Below are positions 20,013-30,202 of a stretch of 64,000 nt of DNA, piece by piece (positions within the stretch are counted from its first letter, which is position 1; each line of letters opens with the position of its first letter). Both the position numbers and the translations under genes were made by a program. Source of the DNA: Candidatus Poribacteria bacterium. GTDB taxonomy: Bacteria; Poribacteria; WGA-4E; JAJDTR01. The stretch lies in contig CBDCTK010000002.1 in NCBI GenBank assembly GCA_965222225.1, positions 1,760,001-1,824,000 on the forward strand, read 5' to 3'. The notes below the pieces were generated by a model. The model was not told where the DNA came from. It worked only from the letters and a program-made list of their open reading frames with translations, and ran no database searches.

Positions 20013-20687
20013 GTGATTAACGAGTTGTCGGCGAAGATTGCTGAACCAGACATATTAACTGTACTCTGCGCGTTAGGCGTTTTCGGTCTGATTCGATTAA
20101 TTTACGATTTGTGTCGGTTAATGCAGCGAATAAATTTTGGAGAACAATATCTCTCAAAGTATGACCAACTCCTGAACGGCGGTCAATTCAATGGAGAAAT
20201 CCATCAATGGTTGCTGCAGAATCTGGCCAAAATGGAAGACCAAATGGGAAAATATGGGCGTATTGATCGCTATAGGCCCGCCTATCTCAATAGTGAAATC
20301 TTAAACCATGCATTCTTGTCCTTTACCTTAAACAATATTGAATCTCCAATCGCCGATTTTCAAGGTACACATGACCTATTGAAACAGTACATCGGCGGTC
20401 TTGATAATCAAATACGTGAAACATGGACTGGGGTTTTAAATCCCTTAAAGTGGTTGGCACGAGCTGTACGTTTTGTCCTAATCGACGGACCGCTTTGGAT
20501 ACTCAAATCAGTTGGAATAATCGGTGATAATACTTCAAATGTGGTGAGTCGTCATTCAATAACCAGAAAAATCGTTGGGACGATCGCCATTTTCGGCACA
20601 TTGGTTTCCATCATTTCTGGGTGGGATGAGTTGGTGAAATTTCTGAGTCCCGTTCTCCGATGGTTACACTTTATTGGGGTAAATTAA
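20013..20687 (+). CDS. Hypothetical membrane protein
   Basis: 224 aa, N- and C-terminal hydrophobic segments, AT-rich. Confidence 0.65.
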   Translation: MINELSAKIAEPDILTVLCALGVFGLIRLIYDLCRLMQRINFGEQYLSKYDQLLNGGQFNGEIHQWLLQNLAKMEDQMGKYGRIDRYRPAYLNSEILNHAFLSFTLNNIESPIADFQGTHDLLKQYIGGLDNQIRETWTGVLNPLKWLARAVRFVLIDGPLWILKSVGIIGDNTSNVVSRHSITRKIVGTIAIFGTLVSIISGWDELVKFLSPVLRWLHFIGVN

Positions 20688-20833
20688 ACTTGCTCTACAC
20701 GTTTCCTATGGTTGTTCCTTTTAGCATTTTTGCTGTCACCTAAACATATGGCAGAAAGTGAGAATTTTCAATGTTGGATTCGCATGATGGAGTTTCGTGT
20801 CCCTCATTCAATTGATTGTAAAAGACGGCTGAT

Positions 20834-21049
20834 ATGCAATACCTCGTTATCATAGAAAAAGGAGCCAGCAGTTACGGCGCCTATGTGCCAGATTTACCCG
20901 GCTGCGTTGCAGTCGGCGAAACGAAGGCTGAGGTCCGCAAATTGATAACAGAGGCAATCCGATTTCATATCGAAGGATTGCGAGAAGATGGTGATGTCGT
21001 TCCACCTCCATCGTCAACAGCAGCATTTATTGATATCGCGACGGGCTAA
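20834..21049 (+). CDS. hicB: HicB family antitoxin (short form, no hicA upstream)
   Basis: MQYLVIIEKG..SYGAYVPDLPGCVAVGET..E....I.EAI.FHIEGL. Confidence 0.9.
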   Translation: MQYLVIIEKGASSYGAYVPDLPGCVAVGETKAEVRKLITEAIRFHIEGLREDGDVVPPPSSTAAFIDIATG

Positions 21050-21081
21050 CAATCTCCATTTCCTACTGGAGTTTTGCAACA

Positions 21082-21325
21082 ATGAACATAGACACAGCCA
21101 GAATCCATGCAAAGGGCGGTAAGGGAGGAAATGGCTGCATCAGCTTCCGTCGGGAGAAGTTTGTGCCTCGCGACGGTCCCAATGGAGGCGGGGGCGGAGG
21201 GCGCGTCATTCTTGAAGCGGCGGAAGGAATGGGCACGTTAATCGGCCTGAAGCACAACCCGCTCCAAGTCGCCGACGACGGCAAGCACGGCATGGCCAAA
21301 GAGATGCACGGAGCGGATGAAGCCA
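21082..21325 (+). pseudogene. obgE: 5' fragment of obgE (diverged second copy)
   Basis: MNIDTARIHAKGGKGGNGCISFRREKFVP...KEMHGAD matches the first ~82 aa of the 27337 gene, then homology stops abruptly. Confidence 0.9.
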
Positions 21326-21650
21326 ACGAGTTTTGCAAACCGCATCGTAAGTTCGACCAGACATGCGTTTTGATAATAATCCTTGAAAGTGCGATACAGA
21401 CTTTGATGAAAGTTGATAGGTATCGTCATCACCTCACGGGTATCTAGGCCTCGCCGGCGTCCGTGTGTTTTCGCTGGAAAGCCGGAATCACTGTGCCTTA
21501 CTCTTCTCCATCGCAAGAAAAAAGTCGTCAATTTTATGGATTAGTGGTATAATGCGTACAGGGAACTTCTTTTGCGAAGCTGTTGCGTACTCCATTTAAC
21601 CAAAGGGGGTATCTTTCTACTGTATCAGCTCACGCAATATAGCAGAGCGG

Positions 21651-22409
21651 TTGCCGTGCCCAAGGATATCTACCGTGAAGACATTAAAATTTTCGTGTTT
21701 TGGACTAAGTGTATTAATCGCTATAACTCTCACCGGCTGCGACCCAGAAAGCCTGGTACCGCTATTACAATCGCCGAAGGATAGAAGTATCCATGTGGCG
21801 GGGAGCGGTTCAATAGCAGGTGAACCGGATATAGCAACTCTGAAGTTAGGTGTATCAGTTGAGAAAGAATCGGTTGCAGAAGCACGGGAGGCAGCCGCAA
21901 TCGCGATGACAGCGGTGCTAGACTCTTTGAAAGCTAACGGCATTGCTGAAGAGGACATTCAAACGGAAAGATTCAGTATCTACCCGCAGTACGACTACAC
22001 GGATAACGGACGCGTTCTTCGTGGTTACCGCGTGAACAACAGCATCAGCGCAAGGGTGCGAGAACTCCAAAGTCTCAGCGATATAATTGACGATGCCGCT
22101 GGAGCCGGGGGAGATATTGTCGTTGTAAACTCAATCCAATTCATGATTGAGGACCCCACAACATTGCAGATGCAGGCACGTGCGTTAGCAGCAATAGATG
22201 CTGAAGCGAAGGCGCAAACCTTAGCGGACGCACACGGTGTTAAGCTTGGAAAACCTGTGACTATCACAGAGGTCACCTCCGAAGGAATCTCTCCGATCGT
22301 CTATGCTGAGAGCGCAGTTGCTGATGATAGCCTCCGTACATCAACCCCTATTGAAGCTGGTGAACTCACTGTCACCGTGAGTATCACGGTAATCTATGAG
22401 TTTGAGTGA
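21651..22409 (+). CDS. SIMPL/DUF541 domain lipoprotein
   Basis: LTGC lipobox; IHVAGSGSI..EPDIA.L.LGV, SIYPQYDY, GYRVNN, PIEAGEL.V.V. Confidence 0.9.
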   Translation: MPCPRISTVKTLKFSCFGLSVLIAITLTGCDPESLVPLLQSPKDRSIHVAGSGSIAGEPDIATLKLGVSVEKESVAEAREAAAIAMTAVLDSLKANGIAEEDIQTERFSIYPQYDYTDNGRVLRGYRVNNSISARVRELQSLSDIIDDAAGAGGDIVVVNSIQFMIEDPTTLQMQARALAAIDAEAKAQTLADAHGVKLGKPVTITEVTSEGISPIVYAESAVADDSLRTSTPIEAGELTVTVSITVIYEFE

Positions 22410-22569
22410 GGTTAGTTCGAGCTAAGCAAATAGATTGAATTGAACGGTAGCGGTTGACTGTACAAATTACAAGAGGCTATTAACTAATACATTTTCCGAA
22501 AAAGAACGTTACATCTTTGTTCCGGCAATTCCCCGGTGCCCGTCGACATTCCGTGCCGGTTAGCGATAC

Positions 22570-23250
22570 TTATTCATAAGAGATCGTAAAACTATTGATA
22601 CTCGTTTGTGGGTTTCCGCCGAGTTTTGAGATGTCAAACACGTCTTCATTGGCACGAAAGCGCGCAAACAAGGCGATTGTCAAGTTTACCCTTTCAACAC
22701 ATTTATAGTAAAATCTGAAAATATGTGGGCATTCGGTCGGTGAACGTGTGCACTTCCTTCGCTGGCGAGGTTTGCAACCCCCCATTCCGCCAATGTATAG
22801 ATAATTATGAGTTTTACTATAGAAACAATCATCGACTTTCGCTTAAAACGCCCGAATCCATGGCGCATCCGGCTATTGTTGCGCTCATTGCGAGGCATCT
22901 CGGCTCTCGTCCGCACCCATTTTGATGCCGGTAATAAGGCTTCACACACCGGTTCCCATTTGTCGGCATAGTATATCTCCACATTCAGCGCGAAACGCCG
23001 CACGGAGAGTTTTTCAAGCGTTGCTGTGTCCCTGCTGCCACATTCCCACGCTAGCAAGTGTCCGGTTTTCCTATCAACTGCCTTTCCTACCCAACGTTTG
23101 TTTTTCTTGTTCCCGATGGAGTGCCACATCTCATCAAGATTCAAGATAACGAAGGCTCTGGGCGAATGCGTGGGTTTGGGTGCGTGCTTTTCCGCAAATG
23201 TGCGAATCCATTTCAGCACGGCAGTCGGAGAAACCTGGAAAAGTTTCGAG
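22570..23250 (-). mobile_element. IS1-family transposase (InsB) remnant, interrupted by a MITE
   Basis: LKWIR..., LDEMWH.IGNKKNK.W..KAVDR.TG..LAWECGSRD, ERNNSR.RH.FGRFKRKS; after MITE removal the frame continues VSKCVERVNLTIALFARF. Confidence 0.85.
22704..22821. mobile_element. MITE with TA target duplication inside the IS1 remnant
   Basis: tatagtaaaa ... ttttactata ends; deleting the element plus one TA restores the InsB frame. Confidence 0.8.
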
Positions 23251-23254
23251 TAGG

Positions 23255-23520
23255 GTCTGCAAATCTTGAGAGTGTTGAAAATAAGCTACACCGCCCTCGC
23301 CCAACAATTAGAGAGCTATCTGAGTTAGAACTCTTTCTAATTGAAGGTGCCCACTGGAAATATGAAAGAGAGTGGTGGTACCTGAAATTCCTGAATGATG
23401 CAAGTGAGTGGAGTTCTCGAATGTTGGCAGAGACGATTTTGTCCATGTTTACCTTGGTATGCCATATTAAGAAAGTCACGCATCGTCGTTGGAGTTGCCT
23501 CAAAACACGAGTCGGCTTTA
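23255..23520 (+). pseudogene. C-terminal fragment of a DUF2971-like gene
   Basis: RPTIR...LFLIEGAHWKYEREWWYL resembles FFMKGRPWEYEREWRYL of the 24014 gene; boundaries approximate. Confidence 0.55.
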
Positions 23521-23710
23521 AAATGGCTGGTTCTTTAGGGCTAAGTGTGGGAATGAAACTTGCTGCAGGAAGGCGTGTTTGCCCCACGAGTTCAAATTGA
23601 TTGCTATAATCCCCAATAGGGTTCTGGAGACTCCGATGTATACGCTCTTGACATAACCGCTCGACATTCCCAACTACCGGGTGGTTTCTGTCGAGATTGG
23701 GACAGATATA

Positions 23711-23847
23711 CAGGATTTACGCAGAACGCGCAAAATGATGATTTCGGCAATAATTTGATGTTGCGGCAAGGCTTTTGTAGGGAATAACGATCGTTATTCC
23801 CTACTGCCGCACTAGGCGGATTTGAGTGCTCGACTGCGTAAGTCCTA
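23711..23847. mobile_element. MITE (aggacttacgca family) carrying a GTAG-REP palindrome
   Basis: aggatttacgcag / ctgcgtaagtcct inverted ends; perfect 28-bp palindrome gtagggaataacgatcgttattccctac at 23777-23804. Confidence 0.8.
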
Positions 23848-24013
23848 AGTTAATTTCCTTTTCCACACTTAACTCTGAAGAGCCAAATGGCTTTGTTTTT
23901 TCTCTTGGTGCAGCGGATTGGCTACCGCTTCTCAATGATGGCTTGGCCCTTTATCAATCGCTCAATTCAGTCTCTAAACTAGCACCAAAGGTTATCTAGA
24001 CAAATTAGCTCTT

Positions 24014-24862
24014 ATGATTCTCTATAAATACGTTCCCACGGAACGAATTAATATCCTAGAAAAACTCCGGATTCGGTTCACGCATCCCAACGCGATGAAC
24101 GATCCGTTTGAAGCACGGCCGGACTTCTACATGACAGAGGCAGGGCGAGCAAAAGAACTAGCAGACGTGATTAGGCAGTCGCCTATCTCTATATGGAGTG
24201 CCGGACGGACCGCGACGCAGGCCGAGATGGAACGGGAGGCCTATGCGGACAGCGTCGAGCGGGATCCCGATTGCGCCGAACCAATATACAAGCATGCTGG
24301 AATCCAAATCCCTCTTGATGAGATAGCGAAAAAAGTGTACGACGAAGTGTACAACCGTGTTGGAATCCTATCCCTTTCTGAAACACCGGATAATCTACTT
24401 ATGTGGGCACACTATGCAGAAGGACACCGGGGCTTTGTCCTTATGTTTGATGGCTGCCACGATTTCTTCAAGGGTGACAGGTCAGTCTTTGGATTTGAAA
24501 AACCTGAACGTGTCGAATACAGTTCAGAGCGTCCTTGAATGCAAATAAATGATCCGAACATGTCAGCAATCTTTTTCATGAAGGGCCGTCCTTGGGAGTA
24601 CGAGAGAGAGTGGCGGTATTTGAAAGAAATCGAAGACGCAGATGTGCTGTGCCAGCAAAGCAACGTGCTGCCTATGGCGCTCTTTCGAGTACCTCCCAAG
24701 TGCATAATAGGTGTAATCCTTGGCTGCTACAGATCTCAAGAATTAGAAGACAAATTTATTGCCTTGCGACGCGAGTGCCCGGAGTTACGACACTTGCGAA
24801 TCCAACGAATGCGTGCGTCTACGAGGCATTATCGACTAGAGAAAGAAGAGATAGAGATGTGA
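24014..24862 (+). pseudogene. DUF2971 domain protein with an in-frame TGA (24536-24538)
   Basis: LYKY, NDPFE, SLSE.PDNLLMWAHYA..HRGF, WEYEREWR, VILG; the two ORFs are contiguous in one frame. Confidence 0.8.
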
Positions 24863-24972
24863 CGCTTTGGTTCAGCAGGTATCACGTCACGCTTAGATTC
24901 AGATGTGCACAATGTACTGATGCCAGCCATTGGTGTACCATACTATCTGTATTATATCATTAGGAGCCCCTT

Positions 24973-26732
24973 ATCGAACACAAGGTAAATCCACTTCTGA
25001 GTTTCGTGTCTTTGGTGTTTTTATTGTTCTGCAGAGCCCTTCTTGCGAACGATCTAACTCCCCAAGAGATTGCCAAGAGAGCGTTAGATGCTACGGTGCT
25101 TCTCGTCATGAAGGATAGTAACGGTCAAGTGCTTGGCACAGGGAGCGGGTTCTTTGTGAAACCCAATCAGATTGCGACGAACTATCATGTCATTAAGGAA
25201 GCAACAGCAGGCACGGCGAAACGAGTTGGTCAGGAAATTGTGTATGCCATTGAAGGCATCAGCGCGATGGATGAAGAACACGATCTGGCAATTTTACGAG
25301 TATCGGCTCCAGGTGTCGAGCCGCTTCCGCTCGGAAACAGCGAAGCGGTTGTGATTGGGGATGCAGTCTATGTCGCGGGTAATCCCGAAGGCATTTTTGA
25401 AGGCACATTCTCGGATGGCATTATCAGTGCAATTCGAGGGGGCCGCGAAACAAACAACTCCAGATGACAGCCCCAATCTCTCCCGGTAGCAGTGGCGGTC
25501 CCGTGCTGAATATCCGTGGTGAAGCGATGGGTGTTTCGGTGACAATCTTCAACGGCGGGCAGAATCTCAACTTTGCGGTCCCTTCAAAGGACCTCTTGAC
25601 TCTCGTTACAAGGCTAACGTCCGCAAAACCGTTGTCACAAGTAAAACCATCAATATCCGCTGAAACCTACTTTAAGCGAGCCAATATCAAGTATGAATTA
25701 GGTTTGTATCATGCAGCCATTGCCGACTATGACGCCGTGATACGACTCAGACCAGATAATTCTTATGCTTATTTTAATCGTGGCAAGGCTAAAGCAAAAC
25801 TAGGGCAATACACAGCGGCCATTCTAGACTATGACATGGGAATCAAACTCAAACCAGACGAATCTCTCGCTTATGTAAGACGAGGTTGGGCAAAAGCAAA
25901 ACTGGATCGATACGCCGCGGCCATTCTAGACTATGATGTTGCTATCCGGAACAAACCGGATGATGCCCTTACTTATCTATTACGAGGCGGGGCGAAGAGG
26001 AGGCAAGGACAGTACGTCGCCGCAATCCAAGACTACGACATCGCTGTCCGCCTCAAACCCGACGACGCCGATACGTATAAGAGGCGGGGTGATGCTAAAT
26101 ACGACCTCGGCCTATATCGTCCTGCCCTCCAAGACTACGACACGGCGATACGCTTGAATCCGGATGATGCCGTTGCCTACGTCAGACGGGGAGAGGCGAA
26201 GGAGAATCTGGAGCAACATTTTCCTGCCATCCAAGACTTTGACACAGCGATACGCCTGAATCCAGATTATGCATATGCCTACGTCCGGCGAGGCAGCGCG
26301 AAAGAAAAGTTAGAGCAATACCCCGACGCCATTAAAGATTACAACACAGCGATACGCTTGAATCCAAGTAATGCATATGCCTATGTCAGGCGGGGCTGGA
26401 CACGAGTAGAATTAAAGCAAAACGCCGCCGCCATTAAAGATTATGATATAGCGATACGACTTAAACCAGATTACGCGTGGGCCTACATCAATCGAGGCGT
26501 GGCGAAGGAGAATCTAGGGCGACATCTTGCCGCCATCACTGACTATGACACAGCGATACGACTTAGACCAGATTATGCCTTCGCCTATTACAACCGGGGT
26601 TTGGCGCAATACAGCCTGAATCGAACTAGGGCGGCGAAAAAGGATTTCCAAACTGCACTAAAACTCGCAGGGCGCGGCGGGGATAGGAGCCTCAAAGCGC
26701 TCGTTGAGGAAACAATGCGAGATCTCCGCTAG
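24973..26732 (+). pseudogene. Trypsin-like protease plus ~10 TPR repeats, frameshifted
   Basis: Paralogue of the 18472 gene; AGGAG then ATC in place of ATG at 24973; frameshift near 25450 before QMTAPISPGSSGG; 34-aa AY..RG.AK..LG.Y.AAI.DYD.AI.L.PD repeats. Confidence 0.82.
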
Positions 26733-26903
26733 CCATGGGATTCCCAGCAATCGTAAACGAAGTAGAATTTAACATCCTTACCTCAAGATAGTTGATTACT
26801 CTCATCTTATTTTGGCGCGGCGAGGACATAAACTCGCGGTCTAATGCAACCGAAACATTACGTCAATGATACGAGAATTCAAGATGTCAAGCAAGTTCAG
26901 GCG

Positions 26904-27305
26904 ATGAAGGTTAGGGACCTCATGCGATTCAGTGAGGAAGTTGGCTGGTACCTGATACGGACACGGAGTAGCCACAGGAGGTTTCGACATCAGATCGAAT
27001 CAGGGGCCGTTACCGTCGCCGGAGAATTGGGATTGGAAGTACCACCTGGTACGCTCAACAGTGTTCTCAAACAGGCCGTCTCAAAGACTAACTTGGAGGA
27101 ACTTATGCAATCCCCTGTTATTATCAAAAAAGGCGCGCATGTGCCAGACTTGCCCAGCTGTGTCGCAGTAGGCGAAACGAAGGCTGAAGCCCACAGATTG
27201 ATTGCAGAAGCGATCCAATTTCATATCGAAGGTTTGCGAGAAGATGTTGCTGTCGTTCCACCTCCATCGTCAACCGTCGCATTTATTGATGTCGCTACGA
27301 GCTAA
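26904..27305 (+). pseudogene. Degenerate hicA-hicB pair fused in frame
   Basis: HicA MKVRDL...GWYL.RT.SSHR.F.H....G.VTV...PPGTLNSVLKQA; apparent 1-nt loss before its TAA; HicB (ATG 27105, own GGAGG RBS) lacks ASSYG relative to the 20834 copy. Confidence 0.8.
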
Positions 27306-27336
27306 CATTCGCTAATCCTTCGGGAGTTTCGTACCA

Positions 27337-28629
27337 ATGAATATAGACACAGCCAGAATCAATGCGAAGGGCGGCACGGGCGGCAACGGCTGCATCAGTT
27401 TCCGTCGGGAGAAATTTGTGCCTCGTGGCGGGCCCAACGGCGGCGATGGGGGACACGGCGGGAGTGTCATTCTTGAAGCAGCGGAAGGGATGAGCACGTT
27501 AATCGACCTGAGACACAACCCGCTCCAGGTCGCCGACGATGGCAAGCACGGCACAGGAAAAGAGATGCACGGCGCAGACGCCTCCGACCGAATCGTCAGA
27601 GTCCCCTGCGGCACACTTGTGCGAGATTCCGAATGCGGAGAAATCCTCGCCGACTTGACAGTCCCCAAGCAGCGCGTCGTCATAGCTCGCGGAGGCATCG
27701 GTGGAAAAGGGAATACCCATTTCAAGAGCAGTACCTTCCAAACACCGCGCGTGGCGGAAAAGGGAGAACCTGGCGAAGAACGCACCATCAGACTGGAAGT
27801 CAAGCTAATTGCAGATATCGGTTTAGTCGGATATCCTAATGCCGGAAAGTCAACTCTGTTAGGACGGATTTCATCCGCGAAACCGAAAATCGCCCCATAC
27901 CCATTCACAACCCTCGCGCCCAATCTCGGCGTAGTTAGAATCGGCGCGGAACACAACTTTGTGATGGCGGATATCCCCGGGTTAATCGAAGGTGCACATG
28001 AAGGGGCAGGTCTAGGTCACGATTTTTTGCGGCACATTGAGCGGACAAAGATGCTCATCCACGTCATCGACGCTGCGGCGATTGATGGGCGTGACCCAAT
28101 TGAGGACTATGAAAAACTCAACGCGGAACTTGAGGGCCACGACCCACATTTGATTCAACTCCCTCAATTGATTGCACTGAACAAAATCGATGCGCCCGAA
28201 GCCCAAGCCAATTTGCCGCGAATCACGAACTACTTTGAAAAGCGCGCGCTTTTTCCGATTTCTGCCCTAACCGGAGTGGGAATTGGGGGGTTAATTCGAG
28301 CGGCATATCACCGTTTACAAGGGCTGAATGAACAGAGAGAAGAACATGGGCCCCCATTTGAACAATTGGAACTCTCAATTGCCAAACCACGGGGGCGATT
28401 TGAATTGACGAAGGACGGCGATCGTTTTATCGTAGTTGGCGACGAACCCCGTCGTGCGGTTTTGATGACGGATATGGAAAACGATCAAGCGCTTGTTCTG
28501 CTCCATCGAAAACTGAAAAAGATGGGAATTATGAATGCGCTGAATAAGGCGGGAATTAAGGAAGGAGATACAGTCCAGATCGATGAATTCGAGTTCGCGT
28601 ACAGCAACAGCGGTGTCAACGCCGGATAG
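27337..28629 (+). CDS. obgE: GTPase ObgE/CgtA
   Basis: Gly-rich Obg fold, GYPNAGKST, YPFTT, DIPGLIEGA, NKID, C-terminal DUF1967. Confidence 0.97.
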   Translation: MNIDTARINAKGGTGGNGCISFRREKFVPRGGPNGGDGGHGGSVILEAAEGMSTLIDLRHNPLQVADDGKHGTGKEMHGADASDRIVRVPCGTLVRDSECGEILADLTVPKQRVVIARGGIGGKGNTHFKSSTFQTPRVAEKGEPGEERTIRLEVKLIADIGLVGYPNAGKSTLLGRISSAKPKIAPYPFTTLAPNLGVVRIGAEHNFVMADIPGLIEGAHEGAGLGHDFLRHIERTKMLIHVIDAAAIDGRDPIEDYEKLNAELEGHDPHLIQLPQLIALNKIDAPEAQANLPRITNYFEKRALFPISALTGVGIGGLIRAAYHRLQGLNEQREEHGPPFEQLELSIAKPRGRFELTKDGDRFIVVGDEPRRAVLMTDMENDQALVLLHRKLKKMGIMNALNKAGIKEGDTVQIDEFEFAYSNSGVNAG

Positions 28630-29752
28630 TCGCCGCGAGTGGTTATCCGGTGTGAAGCGCATCGTCGTAAAAGTCGGAAGCAGCACACTCTCGCAAGGAT
28701 TCAGGCTGAATGATGGTGCCCTAGATAGGCTGGTCGCCGATTTAGCCCGGGTCAAGGGGAGAGGTAAAGAGGTCATCCTTGTGACATCAGGCGCAATTGC
28801 TGCCGGGGTAGGCACACTCGGGCTTTCAAGTCGTCCGCAGACGATTCCCGGATTGCAGGCAGCGGCAGCCGTGGGCCAGAGCCGGTTGATGCACGCCTAT
28901 GAGGACCGATTCCAGGAGTACGGCGAGATTGCGGCGATGATGCTCCTGACGCAGGAGGACTTCAATAATCGCAAGCGCTACATTCACATCAGCAATACCC
29001 TCAACACACTGCTGCAACTTGGCACAGTGCCCATCATCAATGAGAATGACACGGTGGCAGTAGAGGAGATTAAGGTTGGCGACAATGACACGCTATCAGC
29101 CCAAGTCACTAACCTGTCAGATGCCGATCTACTGGTTGTTCTGTCCGACCAAGCCGGTTTCTTCAGTGCCGATCCGCGTAAACATTCACATTCAGAGTTA
29201 ATCGACGTTGTTCCCGTCATCACCGAGGGCATAAAGAAAGCTGCCGGCAGGGCAGGTACCCAAGACGGCACAGGCGGGATGGTCACGAAGTTGCGGGCAG
29301 CAGAAATCGTCACGGGATCAGGTGAGATGATGGTGCTGGCGGACGGAAAAGAACCCGACGTTGTCAATCGCATACTTAGCGGTGAGAACATTGGCACGCT
29401 CTTTCTGCCGCAGTCACCTAAATCCTCACGAAAACGCTGGATTGCCTATTCACGTCCTCCCAAGGGGCGATTGCTTGTCGACAATGGGGCGCGACGTGCC
29501 CTCGTGGATCGCGGAAAAAGCCTCCTCGCATCGGGCGTGCGGGGTGTGGAAGGAGAGTTTGAATACGGCGACACGGTTTCATGTCTTGATGAGAATCGGG
29601 ATGAATTTGGTCGCGGGTTGGTGAATTATAACACCGAGGATATAACCAAGATTATCGGGAAACAGACCGGCGAGATTGAAAAAATCCTTGGAGCGCGCTA
29701 CTACGAAGAGGTAATCCACCGAGACAATCTGGTGCTGATGGAGCAGGCGTGA
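28613..29752 (+). CDS. proB: Glutamate 5-kinase
   Basis: RIVVKVGSS, VTSGAIAAG, PIINENDTV, GDNDTL, GTGGM.TK, PUA domain; GTG start inferred. Confidence 0.96.
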   Translation: MSTPDSRREWLSGVKRIVVKVGSSTLSQGFRLNDGALDRLVADLARVKGRGKEVILVTSGAIAAGVGTLGLSSRPQTIPGLQAAAAVGQSRLMHAYEDRFQEYGEIAAMMLLTQEDFNNRKRYIHISNTLNTLLQLGTVPIINENDTVAVEEIKVGDNDTLSAQVTNLSDADLLVVLSDQAGFFSADPRKHSHSELIDVVPVITEGIKKAAGRAGTQDGTGGMVTKLRAAEIVTGSGEMMVLADGKEPDVVNRILSGENIGTLFLPQSPKSSRKRWIAYSRPPKGRLLVDNGARRALVDRGKSLLASGVRGVEGEFEYGDTVSCLDENRDEFGRGLVNYNTEDITKIIGKQTGEIEKILGARYYEEVIHRDNLVLMEQA

Positions 29753-29790
29753 AACACGGTGTCTAGTTATGTCGAAAGAGGAACAGAATT

Positions 29791-30072
29791 GTGGAATCAT
29801 TGACAATACAGACCACGAATACTGAAGCCGCGATACGTCTCATTCGTTCCGGTCTCCTCAAAGAGGCTGCTTTTTTGCGTTTAGGGATCGAGAAGACGAC
29901 AGGGCGAATTGCACATTTTGAGGAACAATATGGCGGTTCGATTCAAGAGTTAGCCAGTTCCATTACGCTAATTGACGACATTGATGTGTTAGAATGGGAA
30001 GGTGAAACTGAGGTCCTGCGCCGCTTAGACAAGAAATTGAAGCAGATCGATGAATTGAAAGTATGCAAATGA
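29791..30072 (+). CDS. Small antitoxin-like protein (TumA-like); overlapping downstream ORF is cut by a MITE
   Basis: RIAHFEEQYG.S...DD.D..EWEGE pattern; ATG at 30063 (MQMTDYF) overlaps the stop. Confidence 0.5.
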   Translation: MESLTIQTTNTEAAIRLIRSGLLKEAAFLRLGIEKTTGRIAHFEEQYGGSIQELASSITLIDDIDVLEWEGETEVLRRLDKKLKQIDELKVCK

Positions 30073-30088
30073 CGGACTATTTTACATA

Positions 30089-30202
30089 TAGGACTTACAC
30101 AGCAACAGGAGGTCGTTACGATAGGCAGGGCATCTTGCCCTGCCATGCATAGGCGGCCACGACCGGGAGATCGCTCCTACAAGCCGAACTGCGAAAGTTT
30201 TA
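30089..30202. mobile_element. MITE/REP element (taggacttacaca family), degenerate
   Basis: taggacttacacagcaac left end, ggcagggcatcttgccctgcc hairpin, gatcgctcctac REP end, ctgcgaaagtttta as degenerate right end. Confidence 0.65.

Noticed and set aside
25670-26640. CRISPR-like or DGR-like repeats
   Set aside because: The 102-bp periodicity is coding TPR repeats; no spacers, cas genes or reverse transcriptase
17690-27330. Integron cassette array
   Set aside because: Genes are co-oriented, but no intI and no recurring RYYYAAC...GTTRRRY attC structure was recognised between them
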